NCBI GenBank assembly: GCA_005809105.1
Contig: SYLI01000021.1
Location: 245 to 64,244, forward strand
Length of the DNA: 64,000 bases
DNA from: Verrucomicrobiales bacterium
GTDB lineage: Bacteria; Verrucomicrobiota; Verrucomicrobiia; Limisphaerales; UBA1100
Direction: 5' to 3'
The position numbers and the translations under genes were made by a program. The notes under the pieces are model-generated. The model was not told where the DNA came from and searched no databases. It worked only from the letters and a program-made list of their open reading frames with translations. Shown here one piece after another: positions 63,156-64,000 of this stretch (positions are counted from its first letter, which is position 1; the number at the start of each line of letters is the position of its first letter).

Positions 63156-64000
63156 ATGGGTGCGGAATTCTGGATCGCAATCTCGCTCAAGGTGCTGGCC
63201 GTTCTCGTGCTGGTTTTCTTGAACGGCTTCTTCGTCGCGGCGGAGTTTGCGCTGGTGAAGCTGCGCAGCACGCAGCTGGACGGGCTGGTGGCCAGCGGCA
63301 GCCGGCGCGCCCGCCGGGTGCGCAAAATCCTGGCCAATCTCGACGCCTACCTGAGCGCCTGCCAGCTGGGGATCACGCTGGTGAGCCTCGGGCTGGGATG
63401 GATTGGCGAGCCGGTATTCAGGGATCTGCTGCGTCCGCTCTTTGACATGAGGCTGGGGGATGGCCAGCCGCTGCTTGCCGATGGCAGCCCTTGGCGCGGG
63501 TGGATTTCCTTCGGCTTTGGCTTCACGCTCATCACCACCCTTCACATCACGGCGGGCGAACAAGCGCCCAAGTGGCTGGCCATCCAGCGGCCTCTGGCCA
63601 CGAGCCTGGGAGTGGCGCACCCGCTGCATTGGTTTTACCGCGCGGCCTACCCCTTCATCTGGCTGCTCAACCGCATGGCGCTTTCAATGCTCTCGATGGC
63701 GGGTTTGGAGACGACCGGCGGGCACGAGCACGGCGTTTCGGAGGAGGAACTGCGCGCCTTGCTGATCCACCAGAGCGGCCGCAGCGCGAAGTTTGGCCGC
63801 GACCTCGTCTTCAACGCATTTGACCTCAAGCATCGGGTGGCCCGCGAGGTGATGCGTCCACGGCGCGAAATCGTCGGGCTCGACACCGAAGCGGGGATGG
63901 ACGAGTGCCTGGCCACGGCCGAGCGCACCCGCTACTCGCGTCTGCCCCTTTGCGAGAAGGGCAATCTCGACGCCACGCTGGGTGTCGTGCACATCAAGGA
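63156..64000 (+). CDS. Third CNNM/HlyC/CorC-family paralog, 3'-partial (runs off the window); not present in the supplied ORF track
   Basis: I translated the frame starting at the ATG at 63156 by hand to nt 64000 with no stop: MGAEFWIAISLKVLAVLVLVFLNGFFVAAEFALVKLRSTQLD...LSACQLGITLVSLGLGWIGEP...GEQAPKWLAIQ...VAREVMRPRREIVGLD...RYSRLPLCEKGNLDATLGVVHIK (DUF21, then the start of the CBS region). Confidence 0.85.
   Translation, partial: MGAEFWIAISLKVLAVLVLVFLNGFFVAAEFALVKLRSTQLDGLVASGSRRARRVRKILANLDAYLSACQLGITLVSLGLGWIGEPVFRDLLRPLFDMRLGDGQPLLADGSPWRGWISFGFGFTLITTLHITAGEQAPKWLAIQRPLATSLGVAHPLHWFYRAAYPFIWLLNRMALSMLSMAGLETTGGHEHGVSEEELRALLIHQSGRSAKFGRDLVFNAFDLKHRVAREVMRPRREIVGLDTEAGMDECLATAERTRYSRLPLCEKGNLDATLGVVHIK

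Noticed and set aside
63149-63445. 98-aa track ORF starting MMHGCGILDRN downstream of the second CNNM gene
   Set aside because: Wrong frame. The frame starting at the ATG at 63156 encodes a textbook DUF21 N-terminus and stays open to the window end.
58371-63629. Chain of long minus-strand ORFs (58371..59699, 59389..60426, 60634..62046, 62040..63629) opposite ftsA, ftsZ and the CNNM genes
   Set aside because: All lie opposite genes with unmistakable family motifs. Their products are Arg/Gly/His/Pro-rich with no recognisable domains. This is typical of high-GC genomes.
1-64000. Search for rRNA, tRNA, CRISPR arrays, riboswitch-like leaders and large DNA repeats
   Set aside because: Intergenic spaces are short (mostly under 160 nt). 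None showed cloverleaf-like or repeat-spacer structure. Nothing could be supported from the sequence.

Overview
High-GC bacterial chromosomal segment (about 60-65% G+C by eye, not computed). Gene content is typical of the PVC superphylum and most consistent with Verrucomicrobiota. The markers are PSCyt/DUF1549/DUF1553 plus DUF1501 pairs, TAT-signal Gfo/Idh/MocA oxidoreductases, ThuA, xylose-isomerase-like TIM barrels, and an FtsZ-containing dcw cluster with a MurC-MurB fusion. I found no rRNA, tRNA, CRISPR array, transposase or integrase.

The left ~36 kb is mostly housekeeping and PVC-type 'orphan' metabolism. It holds rplM-rpsI-argC, lpxD, panD, recN, sucCD plus citrate synthase, murI, queA, tatD, and several oxidoreductase and sugar-isomerase paralogs. 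One clearly foreign insert lies at ~11.66-13.10 kb. It is a ~50% GC type II restriction-modification pair whose methyltransferase is frameshifted inside a G14 homopolymer, so it is a candidate phase-variable switch or an assembly error.

The right ~28 kb is a complete, collinear, tightly coupled division/cell-wall (dcw) cluster: mraZ ... ftsZ. Upstream of mraZ are four 10-bp-phased AAAGTG-like boxes, a putative MraZ operator. The most interesting feature is that three non-canonical genes for extracytoplasmic proteins are wedged into this normally invariant cluster:
- a ~1063-aa secreted protein with Ig/IPT-like repeats between mraZ and rsmH;
- a 711-aa seven-repeat beta-propeller-like protein, translationally coupled (ATGA) to rsmH and ending 1 nt before ftsL;
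- a membrane-anchored double-LysM protein between murD and ftsW.

Together these look like a lineage-specific, undescribed periplasmic divisome/peptidoglycan module. Three tandem CNNM/CorC-type (DUF21-CBS) paralogs follow ftsZ. The last runs off the window and is absent from the supplied ORF track. Many very long antisense ORFs are GC-driven artefacts and were rejected.
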